Part shown: positions 9,572 to 18,600 of the stretch, one piece after another
Numbering within the stretch: position 1 is the stretch's first letter
Layout of the letters: each line of letters begins with the position of its first letter
NCBI GenBank assembly: GCA_041736305.1
Contig: JBGSTX010000324.1
Coordinates: 1 to 21,104 of the forward strand
DNA: 21,104 bases
Direction of reading: 5' to 3'
Source of the DNA: Oligoflexus sp.
Lineage (GTDB): Bacteria; Bdellovibrionota_B; Oligoflexia; Oligoflexales; Oligoflexaceae
Translations under genes and position numbers: made by a program
The notes under the pieces: generated by a model
Database searches by the model: none
The model's input: only the letters and a program-made list of their open reading frames with translations
What the model was told of the DNA's origin: nothing

Positions 9572-11473
9572 TTACCTTGGGGAATACCATATGGGTGAAG
9601 TATAAGCGCGCTCTTTCACTGTCATGAGCACTTCTTTTGGCATCTTAACTTTAAACCGCTTCGCGTCATAAGCAGTCCATCGGGGTGTTGGGATTTCAAT
9701 CACACGACCGTAGTAAAAGGCTCGTTGTTTAGGCTTGAAGTCAGGGTCTTTCCACACAGCTATCAGTTCCGTCGAACCTATCGTATTGGTCCAGGTAGCA
9801 TTGGGAACGTCTACTGTATTTCCTACATCAGCAAGTTTTCCGGTCTTTGAATCGCGCTTCCGATTCCCTGACCAAGCAATATCGTACACAGTCTCATGGA
9901 GTTTGCCATCGTCCCCCAACCATCCTTTGATGATCTGGTATCGATCGAGGTTCGCACCGACAGGATCTTTCAAGGCTCCGACAAGGAAGCTTGGGACTTT
10001 ACCTGAGGGCGCTGGTGGCAGGTCACCTCCCATCGGTACACCCTTGGTGTAGCCTGCCTTGGCAATCATGCGGTCTTTGGTGTCAGCTTCATTAAAGTCC
10101 CAACCACCAAACAGTCGCACCACCATGCGTGGTCCAGTGGTTGCATAGGTTTCCCGCCGTTTCATTGCATCGAAGAGGGCCTCACGAGTATTTTCTGTCG
10201 CCCAGACTGCAGCATAACCAGCTGCAGATTGCTCCCAGCCCATGATTACCTTGCCAGTCGGACCCTTTACAAAAACATGGGTCGCTCGATCCTTGCCAGG
10301 TTCGGCTCCGGAATGCTTGCCAAAGAAGTTTTCTTCTTCAACCGCAGCTAAAGCTGTGTGCGAATCAGTGCTCCCAACAACTCCAAATTTGTAGGGATTG
10401 ATTCCCAGTTCCTCTTCTAATTTTAGGCCGTTCTTTAAAGCTGAACGCGCGTATTCAAACTCAAGCATCTCTTTCTTTTTTTCTTCGCTCATGTCGAGAT
10501 TGCCTTTGTCCCACTTTTCAAAGTCCGCAAATTCATCGTTAGGCGAGAGGAATGGATGGGTTTCGCCATCACCTTTGACTTGAGTTGTCTCGTAAAGTGG
10601 TTCCCAACGCGCTCTGTTTTCAGCGTACTCACGATCTATTTTCTTGCCCGTGAAGGACTCTATCATGGGAAACATCCGTCCGTTACTCAAGTTGCCGTTG
10701 TGAGCGATGGCCAGCAGAGGGCTACCGCTGGTTTTCTCGGCATTAGCCATCCAATTCCAAAGATCCCTTGGATTGTCACTTCCATGGGGTTTCATCGTTA
10801 CGAAGGGTACTACTTTATTGGCCATCTCGCCGTTGCCCCGAAACAGTACGTTTCGGTGGAGGTTGTTTCCGCCGGTGTTGGACGTCCACTCAAAGCCTAT
10901 AAATGAAGTAAAACGACCTGGCTCATTAGCCTCGTCAGCTGCTTTGATCGTCTCTTTCCATGCCGAAGCGAATGCGGCATCACCCGGTGCATAGCTCAAA
11001 TTTTTGGGCCACTTGCCTTGAGAGAAAACCGAAATGATGTCAAGCGCGGCCTCGGTTCCTTTTCCACTATTGATCATGTCATACCATTTGCGACCCATAG
11101 GATCTGCCAAAACTTCTTTCTTGCCTGCGAATAAGTCAGGAAAGAATCCCATATTGTCCGAGTGGTCCGTTACTGCAATAAAATCTAGGGGTCGAGACAG
11201 CTTAACCATTTGACCTGTTGAAGCTTTAATCTCCTTACCTTTACCAAAGTCATACGCATCTTTTGGTCCAAGGCGGGCGCCAAAAGCTCCGGCATCCATA
11301 GAATAAGATGTGTGTAGGTGGGTATCACCGAAAAAGGGACGAGTGGGAAAATCGCGTCCGGCATATGGCGAATAAGTGTCGGAGCTTGCCTTGACATCTT
11401 TGTCAGCTGCTATGAGCGGATAGCTGACGATGAGTATCAAATACATAGGCACTCGGAAAAGTGAACCTAGCAT
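9572..11473 (-). CDS. DUF3604 domain-containing secreted protein (PHP-like metallohydrolase)
   Basis: FFGDTHLHTSYSMDAG, PLDFIAVTDHSD, GFEWTS..GNNLHRNV, AHNGNLSNG, GSTDSHT, RETYATTGPR, ERAYTSPIWY. AAGGAG RBS; N-terminal signal peptide. Confidence 0.93.
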   Translation of the reverse strand: MLGSLFRVPMYLILIVSYPLIAADKDVKASSDTYSPYAGRDFPTRPFFGDTHLHTSYSMDAGAFGARLGPKDAYDFGKGKEIKASTGQMVKLSRPLDFIAVTDHSDNMGFFPDLFAGKKEVLADPMGRKWYDMINSGKGTEAALDIISVFSQGKWPKNLSYAPGDAAFASAWKETIKAADEANEPGRFTSFIGFEWTSNTGGNNLHRNVLFRGNGEMANKVVPFVTMKPHGSDNPRDLWNWMANAEKTSGSPLLAIAHNGNLSNGRMFPMIESFTGKKIDREYAENRARWEPLYETTQVKGDGETHPFLSPNDEFADFEKWDKGNLDMSEEKKKEMLEFEYARSALKNGLKLEEELGINPYKFGVVGSTDSHTALAAVEEENFFGKHSGAEPGKDRATHVFVKGPTGKVIMGWEQSAAGYAAVWATENTREALFDAMKRRETYATTGPRMVVRLFGGWDFNEADTKDRMIAKAGYTKGVPMGGDLPPAPSGKVPSFLVGALKDPVGANLDRYQIIKGWLGDDGKLHETVYDIAWSGNRKRDSKTGKLADVGNTVDVPNATWTNTIGSTELIAVWKDPDFKPKQRAFYYGRVIEIPTPRWTAYDAKRFKVKMPKEVLMTVKERAYTSPIWYSPR

Positions 11474-11535
11474 AATGGGGAACTCCTTATTCGTGATACA
11501 AGTTTTCGGATAGCTTATAGCATCAGTCGCGGACC

Positions 11536-11876
11536 TTAACTAGGGTGGCGCAAAAAAAAAGTAAACGTCGATGCCCCAACAGGATGATACTCGAACTTTA
11601 CATACGCATCTTTTTCATGCGGGGGGGATTCCAGATCGTTATGGAGGATATAATCTCGTACATAATAGCGGCCACTTTTGAGTGCTACCTTGGCAAAGCC
11701 ACAAAGCGCCAGCTGTGGCAGGTGCTTTTTCCAGATCCGTTGAGTCCGCTCAGAGCTATTATTGGATAGGTAAACTCTAGCTTTACCTCGGAAAATCCAC
11801 GAAATTCTTTCAAAGTCATTTCTTTGAGGGTATGCCCAAAGTTTGAGTCCCGTGCACCGTCCCACTCTACTTCCAA
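11536..11876 (-). pseudogene. Frameshifted, truncated N-terminal remnant of an ABC/AAA-type ATPase (AAA_21/OLD-like)
   Basis: Reads LKEMTLKEFRGFSEVKLEFTYPIIALSGLNGSGKST (Walker A). A 1-nt frameshift near 11720 continues as LPQLALCGF... in the other frame. It ends after an A9 run (11552-11560) with no Walker B. Confidence 0.8.
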
Positions 11877-11882
11877 GGTTTT

Positions 11883-12854
11883 CTATGGGCTTACAATAAC
11901 ATTTCCCCTTTTATGCCCTGCCTCTACATAGGAATGAGCCTGCACTATCTGCTCAAGTGAATATCTCTTGTCTATAAACCCACGGTACTTACCCTGGGCC
12001 GCAAGACCAGCAAGCATCACGAGATCTTCTGCTTTTTCAATCGTGGTTCCTACGATGACCCGTTTATCACTCCATGCCGATTGCATGGGTGCCCTCAGCA
12101 TTTCGTAGAGTCCAGCCGTCAGGAGAATCAATCGACCACCCTTGTTCAAAGAGTGTTCACAGCTCGCAAAATCCAGGTTGCCTACAGTGTCGAGAATCAC
12201 GTCGTAGGTCTTCTTGTTCTGCCTGAAATCTTCTTGCGTGTAATCAATCGTTCCGTCCGCGCCCAAACTCTCTATCAACTCCATATTCCTTCCGCTGCAG
12301 ACTCCTGTCACATGGGCATTCTGCAGTTTCCCAATCTGGAGAGCAGCCATGCCTACTGATCCGGACACACCATTGATAAGAAGGCTTTCTCCCGACCGCA
12401 GCCCGGCCTTCCTCACGATGAAATCCCAGGCGGTTGTGCCTCCGAAAGGAATGGCCGCAGCATCCTCAAAACTGAGAGGCTCCGGAATATGGGCTACGGC
12501 TGCGTCTTCTGCCAGACACTTGTAGTCAGCATAGCCTCCCATCGACATACCGTTCATGGCAAAGACTCGGTCTCCTATTTTGAATTTACTTACTTCCTTT
12601 CCCACTGCTACAACCTCGCCCGCCAGATCTGTACCGAGGACGGGGTTTCTCGGCTTCTTAAAGCCGAATGCCAGTCGGACCAACAATCCCATCCCCTGAG
12701 GCACGGATAAGCCCCTAACCCGGCAATCGCCACTGGAGACGGTTCTTGCATAAATTTTGATAAGAATTTCTTTGTTCTTAGGACTCGGCATTGGTATGTC
12801 TCGGATCTCAAGCACAGAGGGAGGCCCGTATTGCGTACAGACAGCTGCTCTCAT
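11883..12854 (-). CDS. NAD(P)-dependent medium-chain dehydrogenase/reductase (quinone oxidoreductase-like)
   Basis: MRAAV..YGPPSVL, LGTDLAGEVVAVG..V..FKIGDRV, AAAIPFGG.TA, nucleotide-binding INGVSGSVG, DVILDTVG, GHKRGNVIV. Lacks the Cys4 structural zinc cluster. AGGGG RBS. Confidence 0.93.
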   Translation of the reverse strand: MRAAVCTQYGPPSVLEIRDIPMPSPKNKEILIKIYARTVSSGDCRVRGLSVPQGMGLLVRLAFGFKKPRNPVLGTDLAGEVVAVGKEVSKFKIGDRVFAMNGMSMGGYADYKCLAEDAAVAHIPEPLSFEDAAAIPFGGTTAWDFIVRKAGLRSGESLLINGVSGSVGMAALQIGKLQNAHVTGVCSGRNMELIESLGADGTIDYTQEDFRQNKKTYDVILDTVGNLDFASCEHSLNKGGRLILLTAGLYEMLRAPMQSAWSDKRVIVGTTIEKAEDLVMLAGLAAQGKYRGFIDKRYSLEQIVQAHSYVEAGHKRGNVIVSP

Positions 12855-13137
12855 CAAGTCCCCTTTTTACCTACTTGCACCAGTACACTTTCGCTGCGCA
12901 GCGCTGCAGGACGTCCCTTCTTAGCTCTGATCGCCGGGCGAAGAGAGTCACCGAAGGCTTTACTTTGATCATCCTGGAACGTAATAATCTAGCATAAATC
13001 CTCCCCAACTGGTGAGGAAATAGAGCTGAAAAGTCAGGAGTTCTCTGTTCATCAGCTCTCCTTCAAATATCATATAATGCTACGAGGTGCCCAAGGGATG
13101 CTGATCTCTTAGGCATCACGGGCTAAAGGGTGCCATC

Positions 13138-13998
13138 GTGCTAACTATCCGTCCTGCCATTCCTGAAGACCATCTGGGCATCGCGAGAGTCCACGTCGAA
13201 AGCTGGCGTTCCACATATCGTAACTTCCTTCCCACCTAGTATCTGGCTGAGCTATCGGTCACGAAGCGTCAGGAACTTTGGGATAAAATCCTAAGAAACC
13301 CGCATGCGAGATTACATGTATTTGTAGCTTTGAACGGGAATGACGAGATCATCGGCTTTACGAACGGTGGACCCAATCGCAGCGAGTCTTACGCGTGTGA
13401 TGGCGAGGTCATGGCTATCTATCTCCTAGAGGGCTACCAGAGACAAGGAGTGGGCAAGCGCCTTTTGCAAGCCTCAATCGATCGCCTGGTGCAAGATGGC
13501 TTCCAATCAATGTTAGTCTGGGTGATCGAAGGTAATCCAGCCTGTCGGTTCTACGATTCAATGGGAGGCCGAGTGGTCGGGGATAAAGTGGAATCCATCG
13601 CTGGAAGAGCTATCAAAGAACTGGCTTATGCCTGGGACGATATAGAACAGCTCGCAACCGCCCGTCGCATATATCACATCACGGGGCGAGCTCAGTGGCT
13701 TAATCTCCAATCTACTGGCGGGTATGAACACCCCACTTTGCAGACCGAAGGTTTTATCCACTGCTCCGATCGGCAGCAAATTCTAGGGGTGGCAAACCGC
13801 TATTTCAAAGGGCAGAACGACCTTATCGTGCTGGAACTAGATGCTTCGAAATTAAAATCCAAACTCGTCTATGAGAATACAAGCGGCGGCAGCGAAAAAT
13901 TTCCTCATGTCTATGGGCCTATTAATCTTGATGCCGTGCTTATGATCCATTTCTTTCCCTGCGACGTAGATGGAATCTTTCGCAACGGACTCATCTAG
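13138..13998 (+). pseudogene. GNAT acetyltransferase - DUF952 fusion with an in-frame TAG at codon 34
   Basis: GTG at 13138 (AAGGG RBS) gives MLTIRPAIPEDHLGIARVHVESWRSTYRNFLPT*YLAELS, in frame with the track ORF 13330-13998. GNAT motif A is YQRQGVGKRL, followed by NPACRFY..MGG. The C-terminal part has IYHIT..W...GFIHCS..Q...ANRYF...FPHVYGPINLDAV (DUF952). Confidence 0.85.
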
Positions 13999-14368
13999 CA
14001 AAAGGTCACGTCTTCGCCAGCGAAAGTCGGGCCCAGCGAGCAGTCGGCAAGCAGGCTTCTTATGGCCCTTTTAGATAGAGCGCAGCCATGTGCTACGCGG
14101 CCTAAGAGCCCGACGAAGGCCTGCCACCTGAAGCTCGCTACCTCCGGATTGGTAGTCATACCTGCTATTCTTTGCAATTTCAGGTGTTTGACTGTGATCA
14201 TAGTAACTCGCTTGCTATAGCGAAATCAAAGTCAAGCGATACGATCGCTGAAACAGCGCGGTTCAAGCCTATCTGCCCCTGCAAATTCATCTCGACACGG
14301 CTAGTAAGTCCTGATAACTAAAATCCTCCGACAACGCTTCAAACCCAAGCTCAGACTGAGGTCAGACG

Positions 14369-16570
14369 ATGCTCATCACGCACGCTAGATCAACTCTCCT
14401 CTTGAGTCTTCTGTGCATGTTCCTCAGCTATTCGTCCTCGCTTTTAGCAGACAGTGAAAGCGACAACCTTTCCAATCAAAAATCTCAGCTCGAAGAGGAA
14501 GAGCGGCGCTTAAGTGCCGAACTTTCAAGCCTTGAGGCGCAGCTAAGCTCCAAACAAAGAGAGCTGGACCAACTTGTGCAGAACGAGCAAAAGCTCCTCC
14601 AAGAAATTGCGCTCCAGGCATCCGACGAAGCTGCCATTGATAGTCAGGCGGAAAGCCTGAGGAAAACAATGGTCGAGATAATTGCGAGTCGCGAAGCAGC
14701 GCAGCTAAAAGCCACCGCCTTTGAGGCAGAAATCAAAGATCTCAAGATTAGAGAATCTATAGAGCGTCAAAAGATCGATCAAATAACGGCTGAAATGGAT
14801 CGCCTTAGCAAGTTAAACCAGGGCTTGCAGCAAGAAGTAGATCAACAGTCCAAGGAATCCGATCTCTTGGATCAGCAGCTCCGTGCAGCCAGCGAGGACC
14901 TCGAACAAGATCGCAAGTTTATCGAAGAAGAACTGGCCGCAAATCAGTACATAGAAAAGCTCGAAGTCTTGAAGGCAAGGTGGTCGGCTCTAAAAAATCA
15001 AGGCTTCGACCGCAAGCCCGGAGAAATCCCACAAACCGCCGTCGGACATCTGACCACACCTCAGGGCTCTTGCACTGCTTTTCTCGTAGCTCCTGACCGG
15101 ATTAGGACGGCAGCCCACTGCGTCCATGGCATCAACGCTCTTTCCAACATGAGTGGATATACCTTCGTAGCAGCCGATGAAACAGCTGTTGGGATCCTTT
15201 ACCAGACGCGTTACTCAGAGCGAGCAGACCTGATAGAACTCAAGCTAAAATTCAATATAGAGCTCGAGACTGTAGAATCCGCTTCTCTCATTCCAGAACT
15301 TCCTCTCGAAATGATGTCGTTCGATATTATGAGTGGAGAAATGTTCAATCAGGTCTGTGGTGTATTGAGTTATAAGAAAGAATCTGGAGTCATCAGAACT
15401 GCTTGTGAGTCCCGCTTAGGGATGTCAGGCGCCCCTCTCTTCCAGAACGGCAAAGTAGTTGGCTATCACGTAGGCAAGCTCGATTCCCAAGCCTTAGCCA
15501 TGGTATTCGAGCCTCAGCAGGGCCAAGAAATATCTGACAAAGATGCGGCAGCGATCCAATATGAGTACAACTGTGATTCCGATTGCCGGACTGAAATAAG
15601 CATCCCATATCCCTGCCCTACCATAAGAAGACCAGGAAGAATCTGTTACAAAAAGTCAGGAACAACCGACCCGATATGCGAAGCAGGCAAGCAACAGGAT
15701 TGCGTTTTTCAAGCTGCGAAACGCGAAACAGAAAGAGCTCTCAATCGCTTAAAAGAAGAACTCCAAAACGGTATTAACAGCCTTGGAATCAAAACCGAGC
15801 AGACAAAGATTAGCATAAATGGGCTGAAGAAGACTTTCAGCGACGTTAGCGACGCCGCCATGGGTCGCAATCAGTCAGTTAAAGATCTGCAGGATAGAGT
15901 TCTGGCGAACGCGGCTCGAATCGATAGAAAGAGGGCTGAGCTTACTCAAGCGGCCCTCATGCTAAATGAGGTGAAACAAATTACTGGTTGGACGCTTGAG
16001 AGGGTTGGCGCCTCAGAGAAAGACATCGATCAAATAAAGAAATTCATAGATAGCGCAGGTAGTGTGCAGTCTAAACTAGTTGTAGACGAAAAAATGCTTC
16101 GCGATTCTTTATCTGCCCTAGATCTTAAAAAGTCTTCGCTAGCAAAAACGATTTCCCAGCAAAAGATAGACCTGGATGGCATCAAAAGCAAGCTCAACAA
16201 ACTGCAAGAAAACGGCGCGAACAACCTAAAGGCCTTAGCTAAAAAGATCGGTGAAATGCCCGAGGTGCTCACTGTCCCGGTCTTGGGTCCCATCTCCTTT
16301 GACAAGGAAGGCAAGCCCAAGCTCATCGGCGCCCTTACGAATCTAGGGGCCTATTTGGACAAAAAGGGTCCTGAGATCGAAAAGTGGATTAAAGCTAGAA
16401 TGAAGCCTGCGAAGGTGAAGCATTGCTCGTTCGATGATGTCGAGTCTCAATCGAAGTGTCTTCAGAAAAGAAGACAACAGTTAGAGGAGCTCAGCGAGCA
16501 GATGAAGGGTCTCATAGATAACTTCCACAGAAACGTTCAGAACGGTCTCAAGAGAGGAGGCGCACAATGA
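14369..16570 (+). CDS. Secreted coiled-coil protein with internal trypsin-like (S1) serine protease domain and 6-Cys module
   Basis: Signal peptide ending SLLA; long heptad-rich Q/E/K/L region; GSCTAFLV..RTAAHC (H250), RADLIEL (D287), GMSGAPLF..GKVVGYH (S353); Cys-rich segment 15572-15703; second long coiled coil. GAGG RBS. Confidence 0.85.
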   Translation: MLITHARSTLLLSLLCMFLSYSSSLLADSESDNLSNQKSQLEEEERRLSAELSSLEAQLSSKQRELDQLVQNEQKLLQEIALQASDEAAIDSQAESLRKTMVEIIASREAAQLKATAFEAEIKDLKIRESIERQKIDQITAEMDRLSKLNQGLQQEVDQQSKESDLLDQQLRAASEDLEQDRKFIEEELAANQYIEKLEVLKARWSALKNQGFDRKPGEIPQTAVGHLTTPQGSCTAFLVAPDRIRTAAHCVHGINALSNMSGYTFVAADETAVGILYQTRYSERADLIELKLKFNIELETVESASLIPELPLEMMSFDIMSGEMFNQVCGVLSYKKESGVIRTACESRLGMSGAPLFQNGKVVGYHVGKLDSQALAMVFEPQQGQEISDKDAAAIQYEYNCDSDCRTEISIPYPCPTIRRPGRICYKKSGTTDPICEAGKQQDCVFQAAKRETERALNRLKEELQNGINSLGIKTEQTKISINGLKKTFSDVSDAAMGRNQSVKDLQDRVLANAARIDRKRAELTQAALMLNEVKQITGWTLERVGASEKDIDQIKKFIDSAGSVQSKLVVDEKMLRDSLSALDLKKSSLAKTISQQKIDLDGIKSKLNKLQENGANNLKALAKKIGEMPEVLTVPVLGPISFDKEGKPKLIGALTNLGAYLDKKGPEIEKWIKARMKPAKVKHCSFDDVESQSKCLQKRRQQLEELSEQMKGLIDNFHRNVQNGLKRGGAQ

Positions 16571-18591
16571 GCAAGCACATCTTCAAGCGCCTCATTATCG
16601 GCATTATAGTCTCTCTGAACCTTATTGCATGTACGAATGCCGAGGACGAAAGCTCCGGACTTCTAGCCGATTCTGGTCACAAATTTCAGATCTGTAACCG
16701 TACGAACTTTGGGCTTGAGCTTCTAGAGCGCTACCAAGAAGGCAAGCAAGATTACATCTCACTCTGGCTTCGTGTCGGGCCTTACGAATGTGTTCCTGTC
16801 AGCAGTCGCCAGACTAACTCCGATTATTATATCCAGTCGACCGCAGGGCGCTACGTACCCGGCCCCACTGAATATAGCTATGATTCGTCAAATCAAGGCA
16901 TCGTCTGCTGGGACCGAAGCATGCTTTTTTCCAAAAAAGCACAGTATAGCTACGATGGAAACCAGGTGTTGTTGACAGGCATTTGTCCGAACGGCATGGA
17001 CAGAAAATCAGTTGCGTCTCTGAAGTGGACTATTGACGCGGTAGGCGATCAAGATCTGATTTACACTGCATTGATTTCTACGGGGAAGATTGATGAAAGC
17101 GATAGAATCGACGGTTGGAAATATGTCGACTTTTCGGCATCAGAGCTGGATCGCATAAAGAGAGAAATAACCAAAGCCGAGGAAAGCATAGAGCGGATCA
17201 AAGATAATCTAAAGAGCTGCGGCAATCAGATCACTCAGTGGCAAAGGCAGAAGATCTTTTCACTCGATACCAACGAAATTGCTAGTTTTGAAGCCTGCTC
17301 GGACTCGACTGCACGTAGGGCTATCAAAAGCACTATCGATGAAGCGAAAGAGAAGACTCGCAAGCTTCTGCAGGACTTCCTTGATAGTGCTAACGGCTTT
17401 TTTACTCGCATACTTACTGAAGTTAACTCCGTCCTCAGCGAAACCTTTGGGTTTGATCAGGGGGCCCTGAGTTCCTTTGTGGGTGCAAAGGGCAGCACCT
17501 GGTCTCAGCAGCCAGTTGACGCCTTTGTTCCGGAACTAAACCAGGCTCTGGATGCAAGCTATGGCCGGGATCATAAAGAGTTCCTCGAGACGGCTCATGA
17601 TGGGCTCCTGGTCATGGCTGAGCAAGGCCAGAGGATCCTGAACCAGTTGAACGATGAGCAGGCCGCTTTCAGCTACCTGAAGCAAGCTACCTCGGTGCGC
17701 GAGCACCTTGAGGGCAGGAAGTTCGATCGGGTCGAAGAGATTGACTCTGAAGGATGGCCCACCGATTCTCCAGTCCCACAGGATATTCGTCAGGTGACGA
17801 TCAAGCAGAAGATAGCTCCTCGGGACCCGGAACGGGCTGCGCGTCTGGAGGCGATACTGAAGCAGTGGCATAGCGCCGGGGTGCCTGAGACTGTTATTAA
17901 GCAGCGATTGGCCTATATCGACGCTCTGCGCGCCCTGGGAGATGGCTTTGTCGCTGCAGCCTCGGACGTTCCCGAAGTCCTCACTAAAATGCGGGATATC
18001 CTTGATGGGGCGATTACAGCTGCTAAAGATGTGAGCACCTGCATTGCTTCGGTTGGAGTTGGTGGTGATTTTGTAGACTGGTACGAGCTGACTCAAGGGC
18101 GTGACTACTGCAACGGAAATGAGTTAAGCTTTTCGGGAAGAGTAGTGTCAGCCGTCGGCCTTGTGGCGGGAAGTGCTAAATTCTGGCGCGTGATGGGCGA
18201 AGCTGTTGGGATATCCGTTAATAGCAGTCGGGTTTTTAAGAAGACTGAAGAAGTTATCGACTCTGCGAAGAGATTTGAGCTTCCTCCAGCAAAGCTTGGT
18301 GAATATATGGGGCGCCTGCGGGAAGCTGGCCGCACCAAGGGTAACTTTGACTTGCCAAAGGGCAACAAAAATGAGGCCAACTTTCTTGGTGAATCTTGGG
18401 TGGGCCCTAACGCAAAAAAAGTTCCCTATCAAGGACAACCGGGTCTGTTTATCTATATCAGTCAAGATGGACTGAAGCAATTCAGACCACCAGTTGTAAA
18501 ACAGGACGGGCGTACCTTAGCCAACTTTCAATGGAAAGATCCGGCCACAGAATCATGGTTTGGCAATGGTCACATGGAAGTCATAGACTAG
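16567..18591 (+). CDS. Lipoprotein polymorphic toxin: DUF1036-like N-domain, helical stalk, pre-toxin TG-like domain, C-terminal CdiA-CT-like putative RNase
   Basis: Lipobox LIA-C22; FQICNRT...W.RVGPYECVPV; GDFVDWYELTQGRDYCNGNELS..GRVVSAVG (PT-TG-like); tip GNF..G...EA..LGESWVG...ISQDGLKQFRPP..K....ANF......NGH. GAGGAGG RBS and ATGA overlap with the upstream gene; immunity gene directly downstream. Confidence 0.82.
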   Translation: MSKHIFKRLIIGIIVSLNLIACTNAEDESSGLLADSGHKFQICNRTNFGLELLERYQEGKQDYISLWLRVGPYECVPVSSRQTNSDYYIQSTAGRYVPGPTEYSYDSSNQGIVCWDRSMLFSKKAQYSYDGNQVLLTGICPNGMDRKSVASLKWTIDAVGDQDLIYTALISTGKIDESDRIDGWKYVDFSASELDRIKREITKAEESIERIKDNLKSCGNQITQWQRQKIFSLDTNEIASFEACSDSTARRAIKSTIDEAKEKTRKLLQDFLDSANGFFTRILTEVNSVLSETFGFDQGALSSFVGAKGSTWSQQPVDAFVPELNQALDASYGRDHKEFLETAHDGLLVMAEQGQRILNQLNDEQAAFSYLKQATSVREHLEGRKFDRVEEIDSEGWPTDSPVPQDIRQVTIKQKIAPRDPERAARLEAILKQWHSAGVPETVIKQRLAYIDALRALGDGFVAAASDVPEVLTKMRDILDGAITAAKDVSTCIASVGVGGDFVDWYELTQGRDYCNGNELSFSGRVVSAVGLVAGSAKFWRVMGEAVGISVNSSRVFKKTEEVIDSAKRFELPPAKLGEYMGRLREAGRTKGNFDLPKGNKNEANFLGESWVGPNAKKVPYQGQPGLFIYISQDGLKQFRPPVVKQDGRTLANFQWKDPATESWFGNGHMEVID

Positions 18592-18600
18592 GAAATAATT

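Noticed and set aside
13237-13239. TAG as evidence of genetic-code reassignment or pyrrolysine
   Set aside because: TAG terminates several normal genes here (7717, 11883, 13998, 18591) and no pyl genes are visible.
13995-14201. Minus-strand 68-aa ORF with LSKRAIRSLLADC, faintly like an IS66 transposase segment
   Set aside because: The resemblance is limited to about 13 residues, with no terminal inverted repeats or other transposase motifs.
14450-15000. SMC/chromosome-segregation call for the coiled-coil protein
   Set aside because: No Walker motifs, and it has a signal peptide and a protease triad. Any similarity would be compositional.
17536-18096. 186-aa antisense ORF, and similar shadow ORFs such as 1459-1932, 19286-19705 and 20425-20832
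   Set aside because: They lie opposite well-supported genes and show no motifs.
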